A DNA stretch of 64,000 nt. It comes from Thermoplasmatota archaeon. Its GTDB lineage: Archaea > Thermoplasmatota > E2 > JACPAO01 > JAHFTW01. Numbering within the stretch: the stretch's first letter is position 1; each line of letters starts with the position of its first letter. A program made the translations under genes and the position numbers. Shown here piece by piece: positions 54,625 through 64,000 of the stretch. The notes under the pieces were generated by a model that was not told the DNA's origin, searched no databases, and saw only the letters and a list, made by a program, of their open reading frames with translations. The DNA is taken from the NCBI GenBank assembly GCA_038046785.1, contig JBBSVM010000003.1, positions 211,228 through 275,227 on the forward strand. Reading direction: 5' to 3'.

Positions 54625-55752
54625 TCACGTCCGCCGGAAGGCGAGGAGCACCATCAGCGCCAGAAGCATCGCGACGAGTCCCAGGCCGGGACTTTTCTGG
54701 GCGCCCTCCGGCGCCTCGGTGGAGCCCCCGTCGGCGGGCACGGCGGGAACGTGGCTGGCGTCGGCGGGACGCAGGTCCACGGCGTGCACGTCGCCGCCGT
54801 TGTCCACCAGGAAGACCCAGCCGTCCCACGGGCCGAACCCGGTTGCGACGCGGGCCGACGTTGGCTCGGCGGCGGCCCCCGACAGCAGGATGCATTCCTC
54901 TCCGGTGGCGGGGTTGCCAAGCAGGAACTGCAGGCGGAAGTGGGCGGTGGCGACGATGCGGCCGTCGTCGAGGACGACGAAGTCGTCGACACCTTTGCTT
55001 TGAGCCGGGCCGACGCCAATCTTGAGGCCCGGCTGGTTGCCGGCGATGCTTGGCCCAGGATTGAAGCGGAACAGCACCTCGACGTCGCCCGTGGTGAGGT
55101 TGATGGCGCTGACGCCTTGTGCGGGGTCGCCGAACTGCGCGATGCCAAGCCGTCCATCGGGCAAGGCGACGACGCCGTTGACGGTCGGGTAGTTCCCGAA
55201 GACCGTGTAGGTGTCCTTCGCGGTGACCTGCCAGAGTTCCGTGCGGAACCCGTGCGCCAGGTACAGGTTGCCGTCGGAGCCCCATGCCATTCCGTTGGCG
55301 CCGTCGAAGCCGTCGGCGTAGACCTCGAACTCCGGCTGGCCAGGCACCGGGAAGCGCAGGATGCGCGCCGAGACCGGCGCGGGGATGGAGAGACCTTCGG
55401 AGACGTAGAGGGCGCCGTCCGGGCCGATGTCGGGCGACATGAAGGCGTTCGGGCGGTTGAGCTCGAGGTTCTCCTGCAACGGGATGGGGCGCTCATCCTT
55501 CGCGACGAACGCGACGGTGCCGTTGGGAAACGCTTGGTAGAGCCCGTTCTCGAACGCCGTCAAGAACAGGCGGCCGTGCCCGTCGAAGGCGAGGTTCTCG
55601 AAGCCGACGCCGTCGACGTGGGCAAACAACAGCGGAGCCGGGACGTCGCAGTCGGGAAGCTCGAGCGGCTCCGGGAGAACCGTGGTCTCCTGCGCCGCGG
55701 CGAGGGGCAAGAGCAACAGAGCGCCCAACAGGAGAGCGTGAAGCGAAACCAT
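54625..55752 (-). CDS. SMP-30/gluconolactonase/LRE-like six-bladed beta-propeller protein, secreted, with C-terminal TM anchor
   Basis: Signal peptide, SGL-like repeats (DGALYVSE, DGNLYLAH, DGRLGIAQ), and C-terminal LVAMLLALMVLLAFRRT. Confidence 0.55.
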   Translation of the reverse strand: MVSLHALLLGALLLLPLAAAQETTVLPEPLELPDCDVPAPLLFAHVDGVGFENLAFDGHGRLFLTAFENGLYQAFPNGTVAFVAKDERPIPLQENLELNRPNAFMSPDIGPDGALYVSEGLSIPAPVSARILRFPVPGQPEFEVYADGFDGANGMAWGSDGNLYLAHGFRTELWQVTAKDTYTVFGNYPTVNGVVALPDGRLGIAQFGDPAQGVSAINLTTGDVEVLFRFNPGPSIAGNQPGLKIGVGPAQSKGVDDFVVLDDGRIVATAHFRLQFLLGNPATGEECILLSGAAAEPTSARVATGFGPWDGWVFLVDNGGDVHAVDLRPADASHVPAVPADGGSTEAPEGAQKSPGLGLVAMLLALMVLLAFRRT

Positions 55753-55875
55753 CGGCTACGCGCCCAAGCTTCCCCGCGTGGAAAAAGCCTGCTACGCGGC
55801 GGCGGTTTCACCGTGCACGACGGCGTCCTCCACCGAAGGATGCCCCGGCGCTACGCACCCGGTTCCCCATTCCGC

Positions 55876-55920
55876 TTCGAAGTTTGCTTATTTTTTCGCA
55901 TACTTCGGGTGGAGACTCCG
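55876..55920. repeat. Degenerate duplicate of the atpB 3' end (encodes HPKYAKK-stop again)
   Basis: About 45 nt aligns to the real atpB terminus at 55983-56030 with synonymous differences and an indel after the stop. Confidence 0.6.
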
Positions 55921-55999
55921 GTCGTGCAAGCGCGACCGGAGCCATGCCTCGCCGCGTTGCGGCTCGGCCATCCAAACCACGCTCAGAAGTTCGCTGCGC

Positions 56000-57421
56000 T
56001 CACTTCTTCGCGTATTTTGGATGGAACTGCTTGATCGTCTTGGCGTCGATGCGCGTCAGCAGCTTCTCGTCCACGGTGGCGAGGAGTTCCCAGCCCAGGT
56101 CGAGGGTCTGCTCGATGGAGCGGTCTTCGTCGCGGCCCTGGCGGACGTAGCGGTTCTCGAAGAGTTCCGCGAAGTCGAGAACCTGCAGGTCGCGGCTGGA
56201 CAGGGCGTCCTTGCCGACGATGGCGACGAGGCCACGCAGATCGCGGCCCTCGGCGTAGAAGGCGTAGCACTGGTCGGAGACCTTCTTGTGGTCGTCGCGG
56301 GTCTTGTGGTCGCCGATGCCGGCGTTCATCAAGCGGCTCAGCGAAGGCAGAACGTTGATGGGCGGGTAAACGCCCTTGCGGTGCAGCTCACGCGAGATGA
56401 CAATCTGGCCCTCGGTGATGTAGCCCGACAGGTCGGGGATGGGGTGCGTGATGTCGTCGCCCGGCATCGTCAGGATGGGGAACTGCGTCACGGAGCCCTT
56501 CTTGCCCTTGATGTTCCCGGCGCGCTCGTAGAGGTTGGCCAGGTCGGTGTACATGTAGCCAGGGTAGCCACGGCGTCCGGGCACCTCTTCGCGGGCAGCG
56601 CCGATCTGGCGCAGCGCCTCGCAGTAGTTCGTGACATCGGTGAAGATGACGAGGACGTGCATGCCAAGGTCGAAGGCGAGGTACTCCGCGGCCGTGAGGG
56701 CGAGGCGGGGCGTCAGGATGCGCTCGACCGCGGGGTCGTCGGCGAGGTTCTGGAAGATGACGGCGCGTTTCAGGGCGCCCGTGCGCTCAAACTCGCCCAT
56801 GAACTTCTTGGCTTCCTCGTTGGTGATGCCCATCGCCGCGAAGACGACGGCGAACGACTCGTCCGTGCCGCGCACCTTGGCCTGGCGGGCAATCTGCAAC
56901 GCGATGTCGTTGTGCGGCAGACCGGCGCCCGAGAAGATGGGGAGCTTCTGGCCGCGCACGAGCGAGTTGTTGCCGTCAATCGTGCTGATGCCGGTCTGGA
57001 TGAAGTCGTGCGGCGAGGCGCGCGAGTAGGGGTTGATGGCGGCGCCGTTGATGTCGCGGCTGACCTCGGGGATGATCTCCGGCCCGCCGTCGATGGGGGA
57101 GCCGGCGCCCGAGAAGACGCGGCCGAGAATGTTCTTGGCGAGGCCGAACTGGATGGTCTCGCCGAGGAACTTCACCGTCGTCTTGTCGTTGTCGATGCCG
57201 GTGGTGCCTTCGAAGACCTGGACGACCACCTGCTTGTCGGAGGTGTCGAGGACTTGGCCGCGGCGGATGGCGCCGGAGGGGAGGCGGATCTGCACCAGTT
57301 CGCCGTACCCGACTGGGTGGGTCTTCTCGACGAAGACGAGGGGGCCCTTCACCGTCGAGATGGTGCGGTACTCCTTCTGCGTGGTCTGGGCGGTGGGCGC
57401 GGTCGTGGTCTTGCTCGCCAT
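56000..57421 (-). CDS. atpB: A-type ATP synthase subunit B
   Basis: Strong match to A/V-type B subunits throughout ([34 protein letters not shown]). Confidence 0.9.
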   Translation of the reverse strand: MASKTTTAPTAQTTQKEYRTISTVKGPLVFVEKTHPVGYGELVQIRLPSGAIRRGQVLDTSDKQVVVQVFEGTTGIDNDKTTVKFLGETIQFGLAKNILGRVFSGAGSPIDGGPEIIPEVSRDINGAAINPYSRASPHDFIQTGISTIDGNNSLVRGQKLPIFSGAGLPHNDIALQIARQAKVRGTDESFAVVFAAMGITNEEAKKFMGEFERTGALKRAVIFQNLADDPAVERILTPRLALTAAEYLAFDLGMHVLVIFTDVTNYCEALRQIGAAREEVPGRRGYPGYMYTDLANLYERAGNIKGKKGSVTQFPILTMPGDDITHPIPDLSGYITEGQIVISRELHRKGVYPPINVLPSLSRLMNAGIGDHKTRDDHKKVSDQCYAFYAEGRDLRGLVAIVGKDALSSRDLQVLDFAELFENRYVRQGRDEDRSIEQTLDLGWELLATVDEKLLTRIDAKTIKQFHPKYAKK

Positions 57422-59184
57422 TAGGCAAACACCTCCTTCTTCGACTTGGCGGAAATCGTGTTGAATTCGGCCTCCATCTTGGCGAGGGCGGCGGCATACG
57501 CTTCGTCGAACTTCGCCTCGAAGCGGCTGCGCGCCATGTCGGTGACGGCGGCGAGGCCGGTGAGCTCCTTCGTCGTGGCACCCTGCTTGAGGGCAGCGCC
57601 GGCGAGGGTCTGGTAGCGCAGAATGGCTTTCCAGAGCTTGTAGTCCTTCTGCAGCGAGGAGTAGGCGTCCACTTTGTCGTAGGCGTTCTGCTGCAAGTAG
57701 ATTTCACGAATCAGGCGGGCGGTCTCCAGGGTGACCTGCTGCTCGGGCGGCAGGGCGTCGGAGCCGACGAGCTGGACGATCTCCTGCAACTCGGCCTCCT
57801 TCTGAAGAATCTCCATGATGCTGGCCTTCGTCTCGTTCCAGTCGGGGGCCGCCTTGGCGGAGTAGTACGGGGCGAGGTACTCGGGGTAGAGCGAGTAGGA
57901 CTGCAGCCAGTTGATGGCGGGGAAGTGGCGGCGCTGGGCGAGCTTGGCGTCGAGGGCCCAGAAGACCTTGACGATGCGCAGCGTCGCCTGCGTGACCGGT
58001 TCCGAGAAGTCGCCGCCGGCGGGCGACACGGCGCCGATGACCGAGATGGAGCCTTCGCCGCCGTTGAGGACGGTGCAGCGGCCAGCGCGCTCGTAGAATT
58101 CGCTCAGGCGAGCGGAGAGGTAAGCGGGGTAGCCTTCCTCGCCGGGCATCTCTTCGAGGCGGGAGCCGATTTCACGCATGGCTTCCGCCCAGCGGCTGGT
58201 CGAGTCGGCCATGAGGGCGACGTCGAAGCCCATGTCGCGGTAGTACTCGGCAATCGTGATGCCGGTGTAGCAGGAGGCCTCACGGGCCGCCACCGGCATG
58301 TTGCTGGTGTTGGCGATGAGGCAGGTGCGCGCCATCAGCGGGTTGCCGGTCTGCGGGTCCTCGAGGACGGGGAACTCGGTGAGAACCTCGGTCATCTCGT
58401 TGCCGCGCTCGCCGCAGCCGATGTAGACGACAACCTGGGCGTCCGAGTACTTGGCGAGGGACTGCTGCGTGACGGTCTTGCCGGAGCCGAAGGGGCCCGG
58501 GATGGCCGCGGTGCCGCCCTTGGCGATGGGGAACAGACCGTCGAGGATGCGCATCCCCGTGTTGAGCGGGATGGTCGGCAGCTGCTTCTCCGTGAAGGGG
58601 CGCGGCTTGCGCACGGGCCACTTGTGGTGCATGGCGACCTTGGCGCCGTTGTCGAGGGTGACGACGGTGTCGTCGATGGTGAACGAGCCCGACTTGACGT
58701 CGGTGACCTTGCCGCCCTGAACATCGGGGGGCAGCATGATCTTGTGCAGGATGGATTTGGATTCCTGGACGGTGCCGAGGACCTGGCCGGGCTTGACGGC
58801 GTCGCCCTTCTTGACAAGCGGCTTGAACTCCCAGAGCTTCTTGTGGTCGAGACCGGGGACGTCGACGCCGCGCAGGATGAAGTGACCCATCTGCGCCTGC
58901 AGGACCTCGAGCGGGCGCTGGATGCCGTCGTAGATGCTGGTCATGAGGCCGGGGCCAAGCTCGACGACGAGCGGCAGGCCGGTGTTCTCGACGGGCTCGC
59001 CGGGCCTGACGCCGGAGGTGTCCTCGTAGACCTGGATGATGGACTTCTCACCCTCGATCTGGATGACTTCGCCCATCAGGCGCTCGTTGCCCACACGCAC
59101 GATGTCGTACATGGCGGGCTTGATGCCGACTGCCGTGACGACGGGGCCGGAGACGCGGTACACAGTTCCCTTGAGGTTCACCAT
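57421..59184 (-). CDS. atpA: A-type ATP synthase catalytic subunit A
   Basis: P-loop GPFGSGKT and A-subunit non-homologous region. No intein. Internal ATG at 59184 gives 587 aa. Confidence 0.9.
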   Translation of the reverse strand: MVNLKGTVYRVSGPVVTAVGIKPAMYDIVRVGNERLMGEVIQIEGEKSIIQVYEDTSGVRPGEPVENTGLPLVVELGPGLMTSIYDGIQRPLEVLQAQMGHFILRGVDVPGLDHKKLWEFKPLVKKGDAVKPGQVLGTVQESKSILHKIMLPPDVQGGKVTDVKSGSFTIDDTVVTLDNGAKVAMHHKWPVRKPRPFTEKQLPTIPLNTGMRILDGLFPIAKGGTAAIPGPFGSGKTVTQQSLAKYSDAQVVVYIGCGERGNEMTEVLTEFPVLEDPQTGNPLMARTCLIANTSNMPVAAREASCYTGITIAEYYRDMGFDVALMADSTSRWAEAMREIGSRLEEMPGEEGYPAYLSARLSEFYERAGRCTVLNGGEGSISVIGAVSPAGGDFSEPVTQATLRIVKVFWALDAKLAQRRHFPAINWLQSYSLYPEYLAPYYSAKAAPDWNETKASIMEILQKEAELQEIVQLVGSDALPPEQQVTLETARLIREIYLQQNAYDKVDAYSSLQKDYKLWKAILRYQTLAGAALKQGATTKELTGLAAVTDMARSRFEAKFDEAYAAALAKMEAEFNTISAKSKKEVFA

Positions 59185-59477
59185 AGATCGACACCTACTG
59201 CTTGTTTGATTTTCTCTCGGAGGGTGTTGTCCTCCTCCAGGCCGACGGCGACCACCGTGGGCGAAACACTTGCCACCAGCTCGCCGCGGGTGCGGGCGCT
59301 GATGCGCTTCATGTCCCGGGTCTCCAGGACGAGAATGGAGACGCCATCGTCGCGGCGGGCGAGGGCGACGGCACGCTCGAGCTCCTCTTCGGAGGCGGCA
59401 TCCCACACCTTGCGGATGCCGGCGAGGCGGAAGCCGAGCGTGAACTCGGGGCGACCCACAACAGCGAGCTCAGCCAT
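59178..59477 (-). CDS. atpF: A-type ATP synthase subunit F
   Basis: 99 aa in the conserved operon position. Typical N-terminus [20 protein letters not shown]. Confidence 0.8.
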   Translation of the reverse strand: MAELAVVGRPEFTLGFRLAGIRKVWDAASEEELERAVALARRDDGVSILVLETRDMKRISARTRGELVASVSPTVVAVGLEEDNTLREKIKQAVGVDLW

Positions 59478-60547
59478 TACACAATCAGCTCCTTGAGGCG
59501 CTCGGTGGAGAGGCCAGCGGCTTTGCCACGCGCGATGGCGCGAAGCGTGGTGACTTCGCGGTGCTTGCGCACGAGGAACATCAGGATGGGGACGAGGCTC
59601 AGCGGGTTGGTGTGGCCGAGGCGGTCGAGGGCGGCGAGGTGGTTGCGCCAGACGGCGGCCTGGAACGGTCCAAGGCGGCCGGACTTGGCGGCGGCCTCCA
59701 CGCCCTCCTGGAGCCCCTTGAGTTTGGTGGCGCCAAGCGCCTCGGCGAAGCCGGCGAGGCTCTTGCTGCGGGAGAGGGTGAGGAGGTCGGCGACCGACAG
59801 GCTGCGGCCGCCCGGGATGATGAAGGGGGTGAAGTCGCCCGTCTCGTTGGCGGCCACCCAGCGCGCGGCATTCAGGATGTTGCGGTTGTCAACCTCGCGG
59901 CGCGCGAATTCGAGGACGACGGTGACGCCCTTCGCACCGGAGGCCTCCAGACCGGTGAGGAGGCTGTGGAAGTACGCTTTGTCGAGAGCATCCTCGTAGC
60001 GCGACAGCGGTGAGCCAGCAGGGACCTTCTGCAAGGTGGCGGCCCACGCCTTGGCCTGCCCGCCCTGGTTGGCGAGCGCCGTGGTGACATCGGTCACCGA
60101 CTTGACGTCGTCTCCCAGGAGCGGGGCGAAGAGGTCGTAGGTGGCCTGGTTCTCGAGGACCATCTCGCGCAGCAGCTCGGCGCGCGTGGCGCCCGATGCC
60201 TTGCCGCGCAGGAGCGTCTTGAGGTCTGCGACGTGGTAGCGGTCGAGGAAGAGGGCGATGAGGGCGCCCGCCTCTCCGCCCACCATGGAGCGGATGGACT
60301 CGTAGGTGCGCTCTTCGTTGACGGTGAGGGCGGCTTCGAGCAGGTCGAGGCCGGAGAACTTCGTGGAGAGCTCGTCCACTTCGGCCTTGTAGGCGGACTC
60401 CTGGATGAACAGGGTGATTTCCGGGACATCCATCTGCAGCGCCTTGGCGTAGTCGAGGTCGTCGAGCAGCTTGGCGCGCTTCGCGGCGACACGGGCCACG
60501 GCGTAGGGGAAGTTGCTGGGGCCCCTGCGCAGAAGCTGGAGCGCCAT
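59477..60547 (-). CDS. atpC: A-type ATP synthase subunit C
   Basis: 356-aa helical protein in the C position, coupled to atpF by an overlap. Confidence 0.8.
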   Translation of the reverse strand: MALQLLRRGPSNFPYAVARVAAKRAKLLDDLDYAKALQMDVPEITLFIQESAYKAEVDELSTKFSGLDLLEAALTVNEERTYESIRSMVGGEAGALIALFLDRYHVADLKTLLRGKASGATRAELLREMVLENQATYDLFAPLLGDDVKSVTDVTTALANQGGQAKAWAATLQKVPAGSPLSRYEDALDKAYFHSLLTGLEASGAKGVTVVLEFARREVDNRNILNAARWVAANETGDFTPFIIPGGRSLSVADLLTLSRSKSLAGFAEALGATKLKGLQEGVEAAAKSGRLGPFQAAVWRNHLAALDRLGHTNPLSLVPILMFLVRKHREVTTLRAIARGKAAGLSTERLKELIV

Positions 60548-60554
60548 GAGTCAC

Positions 60555-61109
60555 CTAGGCGAGAAGTCCCGCTTCGGCGCGCAAGATGGTGCGCCAGGCG
60601 TCGTCAAGGAGCGTGGCGTAGGCGAGGTCGAGGCGGGCGTCGCCCGTCTCCGATTCCACCAGGATGCCGCCCGCGATGGAGGTGGCACCGGCGTAGCTGT
60701 AGGGCTTGGCCTTCTCAAGCGTCGCAGCGTCCGCCGCAGCGCCCCAAACTTTACCGGCCGGGATGACCGCCTCGGCGCGGGCAAGCAGCGCCTTGAGGTG
60801 GGCTTGGCGGCTCTTGGCAGGTGCCGCTTCGAGGGCTGCGAGGATGGCGCCCTTGAGCTGGGTGCGCAGGGCGGCCTCACCGGAGAGGGTGACCTTGCGG
60901 GCCTCCGACTCGGCGCGGCTTGCGACCTGGCTGGCGACCGCTTCGGCCTGGCGGCTGGCGTCGGCAAGGCGGGCCGTCTCGTAGGCGGCAGCCTGTGCGC
61001 GCGCGGCGCTGAGAATCGAGGCTGCCTCGCTGCGGGCGGCCGCCACGAGGGTGGCGGCGCGCGTCTCGCCGTCGCGGCGGACGTCGGTGATGACCTCCGA
61101 GAGACCCAT
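60555..61109 (-). CDS. atpE: A-type ATP synthase subunit E
   Basis: 184 aa with an Ala/Glu-rich coiled-coil N-terminus and conserved C-terminal domain. Confidence 0.75.
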   Translation of the reverse strand: MGLSEVITDVRRDGETRAATLVAAARSEAASILSAARAQAAAYETARLADASRQAEAVASQVASRAESEARKVTLSGEAALRTQLKGAILAALEAAPAKSRQAHLKALLARAEAVIPAGKVWGAAADAATLEKAKPYSYAGATSIAGGILVESETGDARLDLAYATLLDDAWRTILRAEAGLLA

Positions 61110-61123
61110 GGGGATCCGCTCGG

Positions 61124-61348
61124 TTAGACCATCTTGCCCATCAGCAGGAAAGCGATGACGAACCCGAAGAGAACGATGGTCTCCGGGATGACGGTGAGGG
61201 TCAGGCCCTTACCGAAGTTCTTCTCGTCCTCGGCGGTCGCGCCAACGGCGGCGGCGCCGATGCTGTACTGGGCGATGGCCGTGCCAATGCCTGCGAGACC
61301 GACCGCGAGGCCGGCGCCGATGCCGATGAGTCCAGATTCGATGGCCAT
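61124..61348 (-). CDS. atpK: A-type ATP synthase proteolipid subunit K (c)
   Basis: 74-aa two-helix hairpin with Gly-rich helix 1 and a conserved Glu in helix 2. Confidence 0.8.
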   Translation of the reverse strand: MAIESGLIGIGAGLAVGLAGIGTAIAQYSIGAAAVGATAEDEKNFGKGLTLTVIPETIVLFGFVIAFLLMGKMV

Positions 61349-61425
61349 GGTGGTGTGCTCCTTGTGTGGTGGTGGGGGAAGAGGGGTGGGAGGAGGGTCC
61401 GTTTGGCGCCCGGTTCAGGAGGCCA

Positions 61426-63573
61426 TCAGGAGGATTGTTTTGCGCGACGCCCGAACGGTACATAAGGCCGTCCGCCGCCCTGGTAGAACTTTCCGAAGAA
61501 CTCGACGAACTGCAGACGGAGGGACTGCAGCGTGCCGGCGATGATCGAGAGGACCAGGATGAGGCTGAAGGCGAGGATGTAGACGACCCAGCCAAGGATG
61601 CTGGCCGTGTTGGCGACACCGTCGTGGCCAGCGATGACGACGAAGGCGATGTTGCCAAACGCGATGGCCATGCCGGCCTTCGAGGCGCCGATGGCGGCCA
61701 GACGCGTGTAGGAGAGGACGTTGCCCGCGAGGCCGGGAATCTCGAGGAGCGCGATGAAGCCGACGCCGATGACGTGCGCGGCGCCCATGTAGAGCAGAGC
61801 GACGGAGGCGACGGCGAGGCCGACGCCGAGGTAGCCGAGGATGGAGCCCCAGGCGAAGAAGGCGGTGGCACCGCCCGCCATCAGAAGGAGCCAGGCCCCC
61901 TTCTCTTGGATGGCGAGCTTGTGGCCGTGCGCCTTGGCGACGTTGCGGTAGCCAAGGATGAGGCCGAGGATGATGTGGACGAGACCGATCAGCATGCCCC
62001 AGACGAGGAGGGCGAGCGTGTCGTGCACCTTCGAGTAGTAGCCGAGGTTGACGATGCCGGCGAGGCTCAGGTGGGTGTCGCTGTGGGGCGCGAGGATGCC
62101 GACGAGGCCGGTCGTCTCAGAGGCGTGGGTGGCCATCGCTCCGGCGGCCGCCTCTCCCGCTGCGGCCAGGTGTTCGCCGCCCGTCTTGTAGAGGAAGCCG
62201 TGGTCCGGGATGTGCAGGCCGAGGATGTTCTCCCAGGACAGCTCGCCCGCGGCGGCGGCATGGGAGTCCACGACGAAGTGGATGCCAAGCGCCTCGCCAA
62301 AGACAAAGAGGCCAACGATGGCGCTCATCAGGCCGCCCATGAAGATGCCGCGACCGACAGCGGGGCCGCCGATGCCAAAGACGTGGTTCTTCTTGAGGAA
62401 CAGGCCGATGGCCATGATGAGCAGGCCGACGGCGACGTCGCCCACCATGAGGCCGAAGAAGAGCGGGAAGAAGACCAGCATCAGCTTGGTCGGGTCAATC
62501 TCCTGGTAGCGCGGCTTTCCGAGAAGGCCGAGGAAGAATTCGTAGGGACGGGCGATGCCCTTGTTGACGAGGTGGACGGGGGCTTCCTCGGCCGAAGTGG
62601 CGGCGTGGTGCGCTTCGGCGTGGGCATCGCCGTGGCCCTCTGCGCCGTGCTCCGCCTTGTGCTCGCCGTGGCCGTGGTGCTCGGCGTGGGCCGGCATCGG
62701 CGCGTCGCCGAGGTTCTCCAAGTAGAGCTGCTCGCCAAACTTGGCCTTGAGGGCAACACGAACGGTGTCGAGGCTCGCCACGGGAACCCAGCCCTCGATG
62801 TGGAACGTCGTCTTGGTGAGACCGAACTGCAGCGGCGCCTGGGTCTGTTCGACCTGGGAAGAGAGCTGCGCCTCCAGGGCGGCGAGGCGAGGGGCCCAGG
62901 CGGCGCGCAGGAGAGCGGTTTCGCCCTCCGCCTTGGCGAGGTCGGCGACGAGGGCGATGCGCTGCGCTTGCAGAGCGGCAAGCCGCTGCGCCGGAACACC
63001 TGTCCCGGCTGGGACGGTGGCGGCGGAGAAGCCGGCGGCGGCGAGCGCCTTCTCGGTGGCGGCAGCCTGCGACAGCGGAGCGACGACGGCGAGGACGGCG
63101 CCGCTGCGGGTCGCCTCGGCACCGGAGGGGATGAGTGGCTCGCTGCGCGTGGAGCCGACGAAGAGCTTCACCGAACGCAGGCTGGCGGCGAGGCCCAAAT
63201 CGAGGTCGAGGCCGGCGAGTGGGCGCAGCGTCGACTCCTCGGAATCGAGGGTGGACAGTTTGGTGCGCAGCGTTGCAGCGCGGTCGAGGGCCGGCTGGAG
63301 CGCCGCCTGCGCCTCGGCAAGCGTGGTGGAGGTGGAGCCGGGGGCCGCACCGTCGGCGCCCATCGCCTTGGCGAGGCCGCGCAGGGCGACCAGGTCGGCG
63401 CTCGCCGACTCGCCCGCCGCAAGCGGCGTGCCCATGCGGGTGGTGCCCGTGGGGTCGGCGTACTCTTCGATGTGGAGGACACCCTGGGCGTGCAGGGTCT
63501 CGATGGCGCCGGCGAGATGGCTCTGGTGGCCTCCAATCAGGAGACGGGCCATGCGGGCCGGCAGGAAGGACAT
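61426..63573 (-). CDS. atpI: A-type ATP synthase subunit I (a)
   Basis: 715 aa with a soluble N-terminal half and about 7 TM helices in the C-terminal half. His-rich insert (HAEHHGHGEHKAEHGAEGHGDAHAEAHH). Confidence 0.85.
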   Translation of the reverse strand: MSFLPARMARLLIGGHQSHLAGAIETLHAQGVLHIEEYADPTGTTRMGTPLAAGESASADLVALRGLAKAMGADGAAPGSTSTTLAEAQAALQPALDRAATLRTKLSTLDSEESTLRPLAGLDLDLGLAASLRSVKLFVGSTRSEPLIPSGAEATRSGAVLAVVAPLSQAAATEKALAAAGFSAATVPAGTGVPAQRLAALQAQRIALVADLAKAEGETALLRAAWAPRLAALEAQLSSQVEQTQAPLQFGLTKTTFHIEGWVPVASLDTVRVALKAKFGEQLYLENLGDAPMPAHAEHHGHGEHKAEHGAEGHGDAHAEAHHAATSAEEAPVHLVNKGIARPYEFFLGLLGKPRYQEIDPTKLMLVFFPLFFGLMVGDVAVGLLIMAIGLFLKKNHVFGIGGPAVGRGIFMGGLMSAIVGLFVFGEALGIHFVVDSHAAAAGELSWENILGLHIPDHGFLYKTGGEHLAAAGEAAAGAMATHASETTGLVGILAPHSDTHLSLAGIVNLGYYSKVHDTLALLVWGMLIGLVHIILGLILGYRNVAKAHGHKLAIQEKGAWLLLMAGGATAFFAWGSILGYLGVGLAVASVALLYMGAAHVIGVGFIALLEIPGLAGNVLSYTRLAAIGASKAGMAIAFGNIAFVVIAGHDGVANTASILGWVVYILAFSLILVLSIIAGTLQSLRLQFVEFFGKFYQGGGRPYVPFGRRAKQSS

Positions 63574-63890
63574 TACAGCCGCTCCTCAAACAGCTTGACC
63601 GAGCGCTCGACGGCGGCGGGCAGGCCCGCCTCGACGCGCTTCTTGGTCTCGGCGGCTTTCTTCTGGCCGGCGGCAACGGTCTTGGAGGCCTCCGCCTCGG
63701 CCGCTTTGCGGGCGGCCTCGATGCGGGACTGGTGGGCGAAGTCCGCCTGGGCGCGCCCTTCGGCCAGGATGGCTTCGGCTTGGCGACGGGCGTCGGCGAC
63801 GATGGCCTTGGCCTCCGCCTCGGCGGCAGCGACGCGGCTGTCCGCCTCCGATTCGGCCGACTTGATCTTGAGCAGCAGGTCGCTCTTCAC
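63573..63890 (-). CDS. atpH: A-type ATP synthase subunit H
   Basis: 105-aa Ala/Glu/Lys-rich coiled coil at the first position of the operon. GTG start with GGAGAGGG 8 nt upstream. Confidence 0.7.
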   Translation of the reverse strand: MKSDLLLKIKSAESEADSRVAAAEAEAKAIVADARRQAEAILAEGRAQADFAHQSRIEAARKAAEAEASKTVAAGQKKAAETKKRVEAGLPAAVERSVKLFEERL

Positions 63891-64000
63891 AGGCCCTCTC
63901 CGAGCCGCGCCAGAGAGGGGGGTTATTTCAGCGCTTAGGCGAGCGGCGCCATTTCCTGTGGACGCAACGGCCCTTGACCGACACCGCTCAATAGACTCAT

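Noticed and set aside
1-64000. CRISPR arrays, rRNA, IS or transposase genes
   Set aside because: No regularly spaced short direct repeats, no rRNA-like conserved stretches, and no transposase or integrase-like ORFs were seen.

Overview
The window is about 68% GC and almost certainly archaeal. It carries an A1A0 (A-type) ATP synthase operon atpH-I-K-E-C-F-A-B, an archaeal-type alanyl-tRNA synthetase, DtdA, membrane-bound LonB and 20S proteasome subunits. Several genes have T-rich TATA-like boxes about 25-31 nt upstream of the start codon, which implies leaderless mRNAs. The proteins are not strongly acidic, so this is not a haloarchaeon. My guess is a high-GC Thermoplasmatota-like marine heterotroph such as marine group II/III, but that is inference only.

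Housekeeping content includes sdhCDAB, purE, purK, purT, Sua5/TsaC, MsrA, a DEAD-box helicase, an archaeal RecJ-like DHH phosphoesterase and a PIN-ATPase-KH protein. Interleaved with these is an unusually dense set of secreted or surface hydrolases: two S15/CocE-NonD peptidases, an M61 aminopeptidase, two metzincins, a BNR sialidase-like protein, an SGNH esterase and an SMP-30-like beta-propeller. Nine proteins start with an L-[AS]-G-C lipobox, and several end in a C-terminal TM helix followed by a basic tail.

The most interesting locus is a tightly coupled minus-strand operon at 47683-50182: a 100-aa, 11-Cys, tandem SCGSAK-repeat peptide, then a DUF692 (MbnB/TglH-like multinuclear non-heme iron oxidase, MNIO), then a DUF2063 partner protein, then a secreted SGNH hydrolase. 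This looks like an archaeal RiPP-like system. The peptide shares its start context and MGLF N-terminus with a DUF1059 gene 4 kb away. Other structure not explained by the genes: a 28-bp-arm perfect palindrome built from CAGAT arrays with a second diverged copy 5 kb away, tandem 90-bp repeats that duplicate the sdhB 3' end, a degenerate duplicate of the atpB 3' end at a point where atpD is missing, and a low-GC patch with a small Cys-rich secreted ORF.

Many long ORFs in the six-frame track are antisense artefacts of the high GC content and are rejected.
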